A stretch of 64,000 nucleotides of DNA from Tubiluchus corallicola (lineage: Eukaryota; Animalia; Priapulida): NCBI GenBank assembly GCA_030141605.1, contig JAQGDQ010000634.1, positions 1 through 64,000 on the forward strand, given 5' to 3'. A model generated the notes under the pieces. That model did not search any database. It saw only the letters and a program-made list of their open reading frames with translations, and was not told the DNA's origin. The translations under genes were made by a program, and so were the position numbers. Positions 1 through 15,400 of the stretch are shown here, in pieces (positions within the stretch are counted from its first letter, which is position 1; every line of letters starts with the position of its first letter).

Positions 1-382
1 TCACAAATCCAGTCAGTCAGTTTTCTTATTTCGGCTAATAGACCAGACTATTCATTTTCCAAAATGGATGGAAGGGTACCGATGACATAATTTGGCCATT
101 TCCTGTGTTCCAAGGTCACTAATCATACTACCAAATGAAAGCCCACATATAAGTTTCTATTCGTCCCAAGTGTCAATATAAACGTTTTGGAGTTATCAGC
201 CTCCAAAGTAAAGGACCACTTCGTGACCTTTTAGTGTTCCGGGACAGCGGACCAAAATGCAAAATTTTTTAGAAATGTCCAAAACGCTGTTAGAATGACC
301 TAAAAAGTCATTCCTGAAAGTTTGGTAGCGGTATCCAGTCAGTCCCCATTTCATCCAAATTTGGCCTTAACAGATCGGACTA
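1..382. mobile_element. Right part of a long-TIR non-autonomous DNA transposon (full copy at 41354-41880)
   Basis: Identical to 41499-41880. Bases 218-382 are the inverted complement of the element's left end seen at 41354-41503. Confidence 0.7.
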
Positions 383-402
383 TCAGGTCTGTTTATGTTT
401 AG

Positions 403-3400
403 GTATGGTTCAATATTGATTACTGATGAAAAGATTTCTGCTGGAACAGTTTTCACTGTAAGTTGCTGTATACAAGTAATATTTTGTAATTATGATTGAT
501 AAATAATTAATTAAGTAAGATATAATGAGACATGGATGGATAACAAGAAACGATAATGAGTGAGAATCTTTTTGCATAATTGCATTAATTATAAAACAAA
601 GAATGGGTACAAAAAGGACTTTAGCGGACCTTTTTTCTGTGATAAGTGCCTGTTTAGTTTATAGTGGCAGAACTGGATGTGATAGTGATTTGGAGATGAG
701 TGATCAGTTAGCAATGGTTCTTTCAGTATTTAAGCAATAAGCCAGTTTCGTTGTGCGCACACGTAGTTGTGGGTAATGCAAAACATTAGTTCAGTACTTT
801 CAGTTGTTTTATGTGGATTGTACTTAATTATGCATTAATCTATTTGTACAGTGATTTACTAGCAGGATCTTGCTTGGAAACAAGAAAAAAGAACTAGATA
901 AGGTCTTAGCTAGCTGCTAAAACGGTTCTTATTACAATAGCTTAGGCTACGAGGTGTTGTCAAGTGTACATAAATGTGTTGTCTGGTGCATTTAACCTTT
1001 GACATTTCCACGATCATCATCAATCTGTGGAACTGTAAAAAGGCTTATAGGTGACAAGTGCAAATCTTTCTGTTTCCAAAATGCTTGAGGAAGAATAAAA
1101 TTAAATTGTCTGTATCAGTTATCAAGCTGTTGACTAGGTCACCAAAGTCAATTTAAAAACTAAAATAAGTATTAATAAGTATGCTTTGCTTTTATTTTAG
1201 GTATTTTTTGCAGTTATGATTGGTTCGTTCTCATTAGGAAATGCAGCGCCACATTTAAGTACGATTGCTACTACTAAAGGCTCCGCAGCAGCTGTCTACA
1301 ACATTATTGACAGGGTAATTGTCTAGTGAAAAATTCACTGAGAAATAGTCAAAATATAATGCCAGAAACAGAGTTGACAAATAAATGATTTCATTCAAAA
1401 CTTGTATATGTATTAATTATTTTACATTTATCAAGTATGACTGGTTGAGTGATCGACTTATTTCATCTTGTGCAGAATAAAGAACAATGCTTTAATGCTG
1501 CGTTAGAAGTGTTTCTATAAAGTAGCAAGCCAGCATGAAGCAATTTCATTTACTTTTGGCCCTATGACATTTTGCTGTCTTAGATAAGTTTGGTAGTTAT
1601 CGTTTTGAATTAGTGCAACGTTTATAATTTTTAGGAGCCAGCTATAGACGCTTACGGTAGCATTGGGAAAATTCCAAGACGTTCTACAGGAAGAATAGTG
1701 TTTCAGAATGTGGGCTTTAACTACCCAACAAGACCTGATGTACCAGTACGTTTTTTAATATCAATTTTATAAGTTTTTGATATGACGTATCATTTTGATG
1801 CGATACATACAGTTCTAAATAGCATACATTTTTGTTGCTTTATAAAAAATATGGTTTTTGCTTGTATTATTTTATAATGACAACTTTGTTGTATATTTTT
1901 AGGTTCTACAGAACTTTAATTTGTTGGTCAAACCCGGACAAACTGTTGCATTAGTTGGTGCAAGTGGCTCAGGCAAATCAACTGTGATAAACTTGTTGCT
2001 CAGGTTTTATGATGCAACAGGAGGCCAGGTTTGTGTCATAGATCATAGAGATTGAATTTTGAATCAACTTACTTTGCAAGTAAACATAGTGTTATTTCTG
2101 CTTTGTAATGGCAAACAGGAGAATCCCAAAATAACACGCTTTTACTGTTTTTAGATCTACATTGATGAGGAAGAAGTTCAAGGTCTCAATTTACTGTGGC
2201 TAAGAAATGAAATTGGAGTGGTGAGTCAGGAGCCAGTGCTATTTGGTTGCAGTATTGCAGAGAACATCCTATACGGCCGACAGGATATCACTGATGCAGA
2301 AATGAAAGAAGCAGCAAAAGCTGCTAATGCACATGATTTCATTTCACAGCTTCCCAAGGTTAGTAATGAACTAACTGTATGTTATTCTTTCGTTGTTATT
2401 TTAAGTGCAGGTTTTGTTTAGCCTGCACTCGATTTAACATAATAATGCCTGAATACAAAATGACATAGGACAAGGCATTTGCAATGATGTTTACATTTTC
2501 TTTAATTCTGAATCTTAGTAAATGAACTATTTTTAGGGTTATGACACCTTGGTTGGTGAAAGAGGTGCCCAGCTGTCTGGCGGTCAGAAGCAGAGGGTAG
2601 CACTTGCACGTGCATTAGTACGAAACCCTCGAATACTGTTGCTAGATGAAGCAACTTCTGCTCTTGACGCAACTAGTGAGAAAATAGTCCAGGAAGCTTT
2701 AGATAAGGTTTGACATTGTCTTCTGTGCACAATTGTGTAATACTTTAGTAGTGTTAGTAGTAAAAGTAAAACAATGACAAAAACTTATAGAGCATTTCGC
2801 TTAGCTGTGTGTGTATTGCTCTGTTCATGTCCGTACAATTAGTGCATAGTCATCATTAACTTTTAGTTTTATTGACCAGGCTAGAGAAGGTCGTACCACC
2901 ATAGTTGTTGCTCATCGGTTGTCAACCATTCAGGCTGCTGACCAAATAGTCACCATTGAAGAAGGGCGAGTCGTAGAACAGGGAACCCACAAAGAACTCA
3001 TGGAAAAGCATGGTGTATACCGCGAACTGGTGACACTGCAAACTATGGAAGGAATGGACGAAAACATGTCTTCTTATCTAGGTACGATTTTACTGTGTTG
3101 GCGACAGCTGTTTATTTAAAGGAAAACCGGATGATTGATTAGACTCAGTCTCATTTTAATTTATTGTCCAAACTATACATTTTCCTACCTATAAAAGTTA
3201 GCAGTTGTGTCTAATATTTGAATAATTACCTTGAAAAGTTAATTAACACAACCGAACACAGCTATCACTTACATCACAAACTAACCACAGATTGTGCAAT
3301 GGTAGGCATCTTCCCTGCATGTCAAGCACGTTTGTGCAAACGAAGATTGCTATAGAACGCTGATGTGATGTCACGAAAATGAGCTCTATGTCACACTGAC

Positions 3401-6400
3401 ATGATAGAAGAACACTGCAATTCATGATCATGCTTATCATGGTACTGCACCTATTTGTCAGCCACATGAATGTGACAAAAAGGAGCTATTCCCAGTCTTA
3501 GTGGATTCGCCGAGCCGCGCGTAGGTTTGAAAGTTTAACAAAATTTAACTGTCCGAGGTAATTATTATTTAATCCAAGCTTTGATTTAAAAAAACTTATG
3601 ATTTTCATAGAGCATACTTTATTTTGAACTAATGTCTACACCATAGGTTCCCAACCTCTGGGTCACGGCCCAGTTGGGGTCACAAAGCTATTTTTAAAAA
3701 ATCCTGTTTCCATGAAAAGCATGTAAGTAGGTGTTGTTTTTTCAGTCTCTCATTACATCAGTTTGTTCTAGAAAGTGAAACTTTGTTTTCCCTCTCTAAA
3801 GGTGGTATATCAGTGCTTGAATTACCGGGAAAATGCAAATGCGCGTTGTTTCATGCTGTACACTTGTGTACAGTGTACACCGCCCATCGGACATGATTGT
3901 TGACCTATTGCACTGCAAAACTGGTCACTGAGAAACAGGCACAACCATCACATTAATTAATTAATGAAACAGTCACTCATTGTTCAATCAATAATTTGTT
4001 GAATTGTAAGTTAAAATTAATAAATGCAAACGATAATGGTGTTTAATAGTATAACATGTGATTATGTTCTTCGTGGAGTCACGCTATGATGCAGGGTTCT
4101 GGAAAAGGGTCGCCATCAACAAAAGGTTGGGAACTGCTGGTCAACACAATCGTCCAGTTTTCCTTTTAGTGGAATCGTGATACTTGTAGTATTTTTGTTT
4201 TTTGTTTGTTAGCTGTATACCAGCATTGTGACAATGTATCTCAAAACTAGCTAAAAAGTTTAAAAAGTGGAGCAAATGTGTAAAAATCTTTGCAGAGTGT
4301 GGTTTATGCTGCGCCAAATTGTATAAGAAAGGGAGATGTGAATAGGTTAGTGATTTCAGTATGCGCTCATCTGCAATATTGAACAATGCTTGGCTCTCTA
4401 GTCTTTAAAATGAAGGGTAATTTCTAGAAAGCTAATTGTGCACAGTTTTATTTATCATACTGCTTTTCCACATGGAAGAATGTATAAACAGTCAAATGTG
4501 GCTAGGATATACCTCTGCTGATTCTGTGTCTCAGTTTAGTTGCTCCCACAAGTAATCATTAATAGGCTTTCCATTAAGTGCTGGCTAATGTAAGATGATA
4601 AATGTGACTTGATTTTGGTGGAAATGGTGTCTTGTTAAGCTTACTTTATAGTACTTCTGCAGTATTGATTTAGTATTCATGTAAACTGCCTTTGTTTTTT
4701 GTATACACTTCAATATTTATTTACTTTTGTGACCAAGCATTTATCATTCTAAAAAATATGGTATAATTTTCTAGATTGATAAATTGTTGTTAAATGAACT
4801 GGTCATATTTCTGAGCTTGCGATTGGTGACTTTATTTGAGATGAACTATGCTTATTAGAACTCTCCAAAGTTTCAAATTTGCTTGCATATTGGTTACAGA
4901 GAAAAAGACTCGTGCAAAGTCGCTTACAAGAATGGAATCCGAAGCACCTCTCACTCGTTCTCCGTCCAGAGAAAAGTCAAAGGACCAGCAAAAATTAGAC
5001 AAAGAAGAAGTGAGTGTTTGTAATGGGGTAGTAATTAGTCACATGAAGTTGCATTAGTGCAATAAGGGAATCACACATTATCAGCCACTTGAAAACAATT
5101 GGAAAAATGTGTAGAAGATATTCCGTCGATAGTCAGTCGAGGTTTTTCGCAAACTTCTACGTTTATGCTGATTAAGGATCACCTGATTTCGATTAGTGAG
5201 TAAAAATGTTGAGAAACTAGTTAAATGGAGGACCACAAAACTCAACCAGAGACTGCTCAGTTTTTGATTGTTTTTGGATGTTTACAGAGCCAGATTTTCC
5301 TACTGGCTAGTATAGTGCCCTGCAAGCTTGAGGGACCTTACTAAAAGATTTTCAAACATAATTTTTTTTGAAAAATGAGTATAATATACTGCATTGCTAA
5401 ATAATTCATTTAAATAAAATTTCATCTTTAAAACAAAGGCAGCCTGGAAGTCTAAAAACCCAATTTTAAAAAAGTGGCCCCATTTGTGGCCCCTTATTTC
5501 AAATTAAAGGGCCCCTGTTTGAGGCCTTTTATATGAGATAAAGGGCTCTTGTCTGGGAGCCTTCACCATCAGGGCCCTTAAAGTTCATTATTTGGCCCTG
5601 AATGTTTATAATAGTCGTATAATTTTGCTTGGCTAAGCTAACATAGAGATGATATCAACTGATGTGCAGTAATAGTTACTAGCATTTTAGTAGGTTATTT
5701 ACTACCCAATTTACATGTACAGTACTCTTAAGCAGAAGTTACCAAATTTAAAATTTGTGAACTTGTGTTTTAGTGTATTAGCAATTCATAATCGATAATA
5801 GATAGTGAAACTGGATTAATAATTTCATGTCAGATCAGGATTGTTTAAAATAATTGGGATCATATCGAGTTTTTGTGTGATGTGAACATTCGTGATTGCT
5901 GGTGCTCATTTAGAAGAAACGCTTAGTTTTTTCTTTTACCTTATTTTATTAATGATAATTTATTATTGTCTAGGCAAAAAGTCTTGAGGAGGCAACATTT
6001 ACTCAAATGCTAAAAGCCAATGCACCAGAGTGGCCCTATATAGTTGTTGGTAGCATATCTTCAGCAGGTGTTGGCTGTGCCATGCCAGTCTTTGCAGTGT
6101 TTTATAGCGAGATCTTCAAGGTACAAAATTTATATTTATTTTTTAATACGACCTTTGCAATGTTTTTAGATAAGATACAGGATGTCCCTGTCTGAATGAA
6201 ACTATCAGCACGTAAACAAAGTGAAAATAACAGCAGCTTCGTTTTTTCCCGTTAAGCACATTTGATTTTAAAGGCTGAGTGAGATGCTACAGGAAAATGA
6301 TGCGAGCTTCCGCATAGCTTACTATGTAGAAACAAAATAATTACAGGCTGCTTAGCATATTCTGTTATAGCACGTCACAGACAACTCAAGCCTTTAATTT

Positions 6401-9400
6401 GTTATGTGGTTCATTGCTGCTCAATCATTTAATTCATGTGATTTTTTATCCTTAGCAAAATTTTTAATTTTAACTTATTAATTTTTTTCTATGAGCTTAT
6501 AATGTTATGCCTTTGGGGATTTAGATTTAATAACTTAATTGTAAATTTTAGTAGAGAATGCAATGATCAGTGTTTCTATTAATCCCTTTTGTGTCGTAGG
6601 TCTTTGGTAATACAGATTATGAACAGCTAAGAGTAGATGCCCGATTCTGGAGTCTTATGTTCCTGGTACTTGCATTCACTCAAGGAATTTGTTCTTTTGT
6701 GTCGGTAACGTACCTTGTTTGTTGATGTCTAGCCAAGATTCGAATATAAACATTCTTTTAAAATTTGCAATCATGTTTTTGTTTTTATCCACATTTGAAT
6801 AAGCCTTTATCAGACGAAGAGCATGCTAGAATGGCTTTGATTTTAACCATCAAGTTTTAATTAGTATTATTGTATGAATAGTAAGAGTGTGCGCCAGTGG
6901 CAGACAGGCTCACTGGGATACCGGGAAATTTCCCAGTGGGCCCCAAAGTGATGGACCATCACATTAGAAATAACGAAAAAAGGAGAAACTAAAGAAAGAA
7001 AAATATTGCATAGATTCTGGGAACATTTAAACAAGGCTTCTTTGATGCTGTAATTTCTTTCGGAAGATAATAGATGTCCTCAGTTCCTTGTTTGATGTAA
7101 CTTTTTTCATTTTTAAGGATATTTTTTAGTTTTGTTTTCGTTTATGAGATATTAAGCACATTGTAAGAAATATTCCTTCAGTAATTAAAATTTGAGGCAT
7201 CGGGTAAAAAGCCGAAAATATGTTTATTACATCATGAAATATAGCTGTATATATATATATAGATATATATATAACATAATAGCAACATAAAATCTGCAAT
7301 GAAATTATGTATTGCAAAAACGAGGAATGGTTTCATTTTTCATTTTATTTTTTTGTTGTTGTCGTTAATGTAGTATTCGCACTTACTGCGCACAGTAGGA
7401 ATTTAGGACAATTACCACATGGCTTATATACCAGTACCATGTAGAAAACTCCTGCTAAAACAATGTACAGCGTCAAGTCATACAAAAAGTCTGAATGAAG
7501 AGTCTGCAACAACCAGTCACCTAGAATCAGAACAGATACTTCAAACTCACTTTGATGTAATTTCTGGATCACATTGCACTTCTAAAAACTCATGTAGGAA
7601 CTGCCTGCTTTTCTATTTCCATGTCCTGTTTAAGTATTCTTTCTATGCATCTGCATACTCGAATTTATTCTTAGCTTTCAAATATCTTTTGAGCTTGTCG
7701 TTCACACAAGTCAGTTGTGAACGTGCATTCAGTAAGTTGAAAATTGTAAAAACTTGATTACGCTCTTCGCTTTCAAATGAGCTACTTGAAACTTTTTTGT
7801 TGATGAGCATCGAAAAATGCTTTTTTTCTGAAATTTCTGTGGATTGTTCCTTGTCTTCTGAAAAAATCGACACAATTTTCTAGATTGCTTGTTATCTAGG
7901 AGATTTGTACTTTGTAAGTTACTGAATTTTGACTGTTGTAGTGATAAGTGCACACATTAAAAAATGCAGACGTTCCACTTTTATTTATACTTTGAAAACA
8001 ATTTCAAATTATGTTTCATAAATTACACGGCTTGGTTGTGCTATGATTGAGATATTCATTTTTATTATAAAATTATTAAAGTTTTCTAGTATTTGCATTA
8101 TGCACTCATTAACATAAATAAATACAACAATATTGAATAGGTGTAACATTTTATTTGCATAAAACCTTTACTTTTGTTTGCTTCCTTTGTTTATGTTTTG
8201 GATTTAAGTGGTTCCTTTTGACTGGGGTCTTTTACAAGTTTTCCCGGTAGAAAGTTTAGGCCCAGTCTGCCACTGGTGTGTACCCATAGCAAAATTGATT
8301 TTAGCTGTGGAAGATATGACATCAATTTAATAAACATATTTTACGATTGCCAGAGTGAGTGTAAAATCGTAAGATTTGTTACTGAGTTTGTGCTTTTTTT
8401 CATCCTGCTAGGTAAATTTTTCTGTAATTTTTTTTACTGTTATCCAATTTGAAATTGGTGGATAGCATTTTATCTTATATTTCATTTCCTAAATTGCTAA
8501 TTGTTTTATGAGGTAGATGAACCATTAAACTAATTTGTTTAAAAACAGCGGAAAATACTGAAGTGCTTTGTGAATATTTGAGTTTCTGAACTATAAAATG
8601 TTCAATCAGTACAATACCAGTGTTAATGAGACACCATCCTTCAGTTAAACGTCTTAACACTCATGTTGATCCTTTATTTAATTAAGGCAAAACAACATTA
8701 AATGTTAAACATTAAAATATTTTTTTATTCCAGTTTGCACCAATTTTTCCACTCATTAACCAGACTACTTAATTACTGTAAGTATTTTAATGTGTTAGGC
8801 TGTTGTGTTTGGAACATCTGGGGAAAAAATGACAACGAGGCTTCGTCTGCAGACATTTACCAATATTCTCAGGCAAGATATTGGCTGGTTTGATGATCCT
8901 AAGCATTCAACTGGTAAACTTACAACTCGGCTTGCCACTGATGCACCAATTATTAAAGGGGTATGAATAGATGACTGTAATTGAAAAGGAGCTTGAAGTT
9001 TTTACTCAAGTCATTAAAGCTCATTTTGTCAATTTTGATATGCTTTTGTTTAATTAAAAATTGCAAGTATTAATTGTGGCTGAAAAACTTTTGATTCAGA
9101 GTTAATTAGAGTCTGCTTTCTGACACTAGATAAACACGTTTGTAATTTAGGCCCTTTGATTCAGATAGTATATTTAGTTTGAACATTAGTATTTTATAGC
9201 AATCTTTTAGCTGAAGTTAAATACCTTTTTTCGCATGCTACGTGAGAGAATTTACAATTTCTTTTCCAAATGATTATTTAATATTGCAGGCTACCGGAAT
9301 CCGGGTTGCAACTGTTTTGCAAGCGTTTGTCACTATGATTGCTGGAGTGGTCATAGCATTTGCTTTCGGCTGGAAATTGGCACTAGCCATTCTAGCTTCT

Positions 9401-12400
9401 GTACCTGTGCTAGCCCTTGCTGGATATATGGAGATGAAGGCTGTGATGGGCAATCAGAAAAGAGTCTCGGCTCTGCTAGAAGAAGCTGGAAATGTATGTT
9501 GTAATTATACAGCAACAACCAGAAATCTTTACGTTTGGTTGAACATGCTTAATGTTAAAATAAAATTATTTTAAAGTTGTGTCATAAAGTGAATTAACTG
9601 ATAAGCTTGAAGCTTAGGTGGCTTAGCATTTTGTAGTTCTGTATATTGGTGGTTTCCCCTATCAGTGACTTTATTTTTTTATAATTAAAAACTAGGTGAG
9701 TGTTATTGCCACCACTGAGTGTTTTTTATCTGTGAGCAATGTGGATAAGAATACCCTAGTTTTTAAGCAATTTGTTAGGCATGGTGCTTTCTTAGGATAG
9801 ACTTTTGGTTCAACTCACAAATGCGGAAGCGGAAGACTAGCATTACGAAACTGGGTAGACACTTGGGCTAGAGGCTCAAGCAATAACATTGCAAATGGTG
9901 AAACGGTCAAGGACACAGGAAATCAGTCAGTTTGAGTCACAACATTGAATAACTGTAAAACTATAGTAACTAGAGTCACCACCCATGAAACTTACATGGT
10001 AGACTCATGCTGTAGTGTTCCGGTACAATAAACTAGCCAAAATAAGCAAGTAATGCATTATTATTTCTGTTACAGTTACCACTCAGAAATATTTTGTTCT
10101 TGTAACTTTAATAATCATTTTACGTTTATGTCTAAAAAGAGGCCGTCTATTTAATCTGTATAAAACAAGAAGAATTGTATAGTTTAGATACTAATTTATA
10201 ACTGTGAAATGCATCCCTATAGATTAGGTTTAACCTGTTAAGTTCCCTTGATGGGCTTCATCCGCTACCTGAATAAACAGTGTATGACGAGAAAGGTGAG
10301 GCTGTTGACCAATATGGACATTGAAGTTATACGTGTAGCAGGTCTGTGAAAAGAGGTTACCTTTATTAGGTCAAAACAGCAGTTTGGTCGTGACGTAAAT
10401 CGTTAATGCAGAAATGTTTTGAGGTTGACCAGTGGTTGCAGTTACGATGGGAACCGACTTTAACAAGTTGTGAAAGCACAAATTAACCATATGGACTAAT
10501 ATAAAATTAATGGCCATTGCTGGGTTTCGAGGTACAGAGGCGACCACAAAGAGGTGAGGTCCTAGTTAATAATCTGACATGGATTCTCCGTGCGACCTGT
10601 TTAGCTGAGACGTTAGCTCTACACTGCATGTTTATTTTGACGAATGTATTTATGGATGTACGATATATGGTTAGTGGAAGTCATGTGCATAATATTCAGC
10701 TCTAATGGAGACACATGGAATAGGTGTACGCTTTACAGTAGTGGAGAACTCGACAGACACTCCTATCTACGCGCTGACATCCTACAAACATGTTGCTGTT
10801 GGAGTTAGAATAAACCTGGGATTGGGAAGCTGGTAGCGTAAGAGGGTAGAAACTAACCCTTTTACTTCAGTGTTGTAGTTTAAACATAATTGCTATGCGA
10901 ATTGTTTTGCTATACCCCAATAAATGTGTTTTTTCACTAGGTTAAACAAGTCGTAAAATCAGTTTGAATCAACTGCTAAGTTATTAAAAACATCAGTAAA
11001 AGATTCTTGAGGGTTTAACAGTAACGATAACCAAAAGACCCAATCCCTGGCTAGGTGTGCCCCCGTAGAGATACCTAGACCACTTCATCACTCTTTGGCA
11101 CATTATTTTAGGCTAATAAATATTCACATATTAATATTAGGTCTCGCTCAGCCGTGTACGTAAATATTTCCTTAAAATTCATCCAGAGACTCTCCCCACT
11201 CATGTGAACGGGTTCAGTGTGAGAACACCCATTTCATAAACATGACACACAGATGACAGATATGGATCTGATCTCATTCAGTCTTGTTCTTTGAGAAAAA
11301 AATTCGCTTTTTGTTCCCGTTTGTTATAAAAACTGTTTGATTTACAAGAATAGTTGTAAATTATCCTTTATGATAGGCAAATGCTCACTGCTGCTAAAAC
11401 TGCTTTTGTTAGTGGTTGTGAATTATTACTGCATTCATACAATTGAAGTTTATTTGTTCTGCAGACAGCAAGTGAAGCTGTTGAGAATATTAGAACAGTT
11501 CAAGCATTAACAAGAGAGAGGACTTTTTATGAAACATACTGCAGGCATTTAGAGTACCCAGTTCAGTACGTTCTTATTTCTTATTTGTGTATTTATAAGT
11601 TATTGCATATTTTAGAAGCATGGGATACTACTGTAGGCTTTGCAAAAGCTGTTTCTGTATAATTCGTAAACTGTTTATCTCATTTTATCAGATTTGCTTC
11701 TATTTTTTTAGTGCAGAAAGCAATCAAAAAACAAATCTCTCTCACTAATCACATCTCTGATTATATTATTATTATACAAGTTTGTATGCATTTTTTGAGT
11801 GTTTAATGCGAAACTCATCAGATGTGCAAAGAGAATATTGTACATGTAGGCCTGGTAGCAATGAGCACTAATCAATAACAAACTGAAGTTGTGCACAAAG
11901 CACTTGTTTGTTGCTTCTGCCTGCTGTAAAATTCGTCTGCTATTAAATTTAGTAGCTTGTCCAGTTTCACTTAATGGTCTAATTATAAATATACTCTAGG
12001 CCCTAAGGGGAGTAGTTGAGTGTTTGTGGTATGTGCTTGAGTATGTGGTAAGCAATGTCAAGCTTGGTCATTAAATGAATGGCTGATCTCCCAGGAAACT
12101 ACTTTTGGAAAGTTGCATATGCCACACTGCCACCCAGCTATTTCTCTATTAAAAAGAGGATTTATGTGTCATAAAATGTAGCTAAGATGCTGCTGCCTGT
12201 TCAATGTTTCATCATGGAAAGATTATCATCATATGTGAAGATATCATTGTCACAACATGATTGTCACAACAATCATTAAACATTGATGTCAAGTGCTGTA
12301 TAAGAAAAAATGACTTTCTGGACACTTCTTTCGTAACACAATGTATACTACACAATCTCACAGCAAAGTAACTAAAGCAATCTGTTTTCAGGATAATAAA

Positions 12401-15400
12401 TTATAGCAATTGGCCTCATGTTTTGGTTCTAGCTTTTAGTAAAAACAGTACGGCACTACTTGGATTCGTGAAATTTAAAAAACACTGAAGTCAAGCATTT
12501 AAATTTTAATATTAGAGAAATGACAGAAATATTCAATACATTTGTAAAAGCAATGGCACAATGTAACAAAAGGTGTAAACTGCACTGCAATAAGGGCAAT
12601 TTTATTGTTCGACAAGCTCATAATAATTCTTAAGAATATTAACGTAATAATAATAATTATGGAGTCTATGATCATCAGATAACTGGAAATAGTTGAATTG
12701 TTTTGTACAGTTACAAAATAATTCTGTATTTTTCTGATGGAAAGTTTCTCTGCACTTTTTTCTTAACAGGGAATCAAAAAAGCAAGCTTTGATATATGCT
12801 GTAACGTTTGCCTTTTCTCAAGGAATCATATTTGTAATTTATGGTGGAGCATTCTGGTTTGGCAGCTATCTGGTTGGTGAAGGTGAAATGGAGCCATTCG
12901 AAGTTTACAGGTAATAGTTATTGTTTGGTTTTTGCTGCAGGTACAGTCATGTTGAATTTTCTTATACATTCAGTCATCATACATGAGAGGCATCTGAGGC
13001 TGAAAAACTATAATTTTTTATTGTATATGTGTTAGTACATCTACTAAGAATACGGAATACATGGGTTTAAGTGCTAGTGAATAATTTTTGTTTTACTTGT
13101 AACACACTAAAAGTACTAGGCTTCGGCAGTACCACATTTCAGGCCAGAGCAGCACACATTTCATGCTGTTGATGTTGCATTGTTAGAGATTCCAGTTCGG
13201 GTCTTATTAATGTATCTTCTGACAGGCTCCATTACTTTTTTTTTGTAGTTGTTTATTTATTAAAAATGTTTAAAATGACTGCATTTCCAGGAGTGCATAA
13301 ACATTATTTAGTTTACAGTTCCTAAGTTTTAATATGTTGTACCCAGTCAGAGACTGTTATAGGCAATAGTGTTAAACTAGAAAAACAAATTTACAAAAGT
13401 TAATTTTTTTTAAAAAGTGAATAAAAGAGGTAAAATTTGCATGCTTACATAGCGTAAAATTAAAATTGAATTACAAGGTATAACTTCATGAAAGTCGCAT
13501 CGACAAAGCATATGCACAAAACGTTTAAAAATAACTTTAACATATGTATTTTTACAGTGAGCCTTTTTTACGTCTTTTTTTTTACTGCTGGTAATATATA
13601 GACATAATCATTATTTGTAGCTATTTTATCATTTTTGTAAGGGGGCCTCTCATAACTTTAGTTTCTTTTTGAGATCTTTTGAACTCGTTGAAGATTTTAT
13701 TTCTTGAGGTGCTGAATTCCAGATTATTGAGTTATGACCGTGTTTAGTGTTTGTCTGAATTTGCTTTATGTTAAGAGTTTTCTTGTTTAACTGTTTATCT
13801 TTAATAAAAGGTATGTAATTATATTCAAATGGTTTGCTGATAATAGGTATGTATTTATAAATGAACGTAAAGGTATGGTGCTATGTAATGGCTTCTATGG
13901 TGGAAATGTTTAGTTTTTTCTGTTTGCCGTGGCTAAATAGCTTTTCTTTATTTCATAGCCAAGTATATTTTAAAGCATAATTTTGCATGAGGTTCAGTTT
14001 GATTAGCAGATTTCTTGGTAGATTGATTAGTAGGCAATAGCCGTAAGTTAAATGAGGTAGGGCCATGGTTTAATAATTTAGTTGGTCTTTTTCTTGTTTG
14101 AGAAAGGAAATACCTTGTCCCATTTTTTGTACGATGCTATTAACTTGATTGTCCCATTTTAATTTATTATTAATTTCATATCTAACAATTTGGTTTATAA
14201 CAATAAATAACAAATATCTTCACTCTGATCATATCTCCATTTTCAAGGGATTCTTAAAAAATCAAATAAATTTTATTTTCTACACCGTTGTACATGCACT
14301 ATATTCATTTCTGTGCTCCATTAATGGCTGATTGATGATGACAGCGACAATGTCAACTGGCATTACTGTCATTTATCTCACACAAGTTGATCGTCATGCA
14401 CTCATAAAAGTAAAGCTTCGGTATTTAAAGGAGTGGGACTCTTAGAAACTAGAACTCTTTACACACAGTTTACTGAATTAATCTCTGTTCGACCCTGTAG
14501 CTATTACTAATTGTTCATGCAGGAAAGATTTTGCAAATTTGGCCAAGTGAAGCAGTAAAATAGATCAGTTCAAAATACTTTGTCAGTACCAAAAACCAAG
14601 CAGTCATATCAGGGAACAAGCCCTAATAAGATGACTATATGAAAACATTATGATATAAATTATTGTTACACGTTAGTGATGGTGTATTTTCCTAACTTTT
14701 ATAATTGTCTTGCTTAGGGTATTTTTTGCTATTGCTTTCTGTGGGATATCAATTGGACAAGCTTCGTCGTTTTTGCCTGACTATAGCAAAGCAAAATTGT
14801 CTGCTACTCTGGTGTTTGATCTCATCAATACTGAGCCAGTTATTGACAGCTACTCAGCACAGGGCACTAAAGTGGTAGGAATATTTTCGCTTTTTTTCCA
14901 ATTTCTGAAAATGTTTAGTTATTGTACTTACTGTTGTAACTAAGGTAATTTTCCTGCATCCAAATGAATATTGTTTTAAAAACTGAATAACACTTTAACC
15001 TTAGCTTTTTCCCTCCTTGTGATTTCATTCAGTAATTGACAATCTTAGAGAGTGAGCAGGCATATGTATAACTATGCACACTTGTTTCTTATGCACAAGC
15101 TTCTAGAGAGCTTTGATGCTTACTAAAAGACTTGCTCTTTTCACTTGCTGTTGCTTTTTTAGCTATGAAACTTTCTTGATATATTGAGAGAATATTTGCT
15201 TGCAGCCTGGCAACATACATATTTAAAAAATTGCACCCTTGTAAGAGTAAAGTGTTCCATTCTTGCCACCCTTGATAATAATTGTGACCTATTGGATAGT
15301 TAGCTAGTGCTTAATGCTCAGTTCGTGTGTTGTGTGGGTTGTTTAGATCACGTAGACTTCTTACTCTTGTCTACTGTGGTATACACTCCACAGTTACAGC

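Noticed and set aside
9700-11200. Relatively GC-richer intron segment (paralogue about 51100-52330) as an old TE or nested gene
   Set aside because: I found no recognisable motif, termini or ORF conserved between the two copies.
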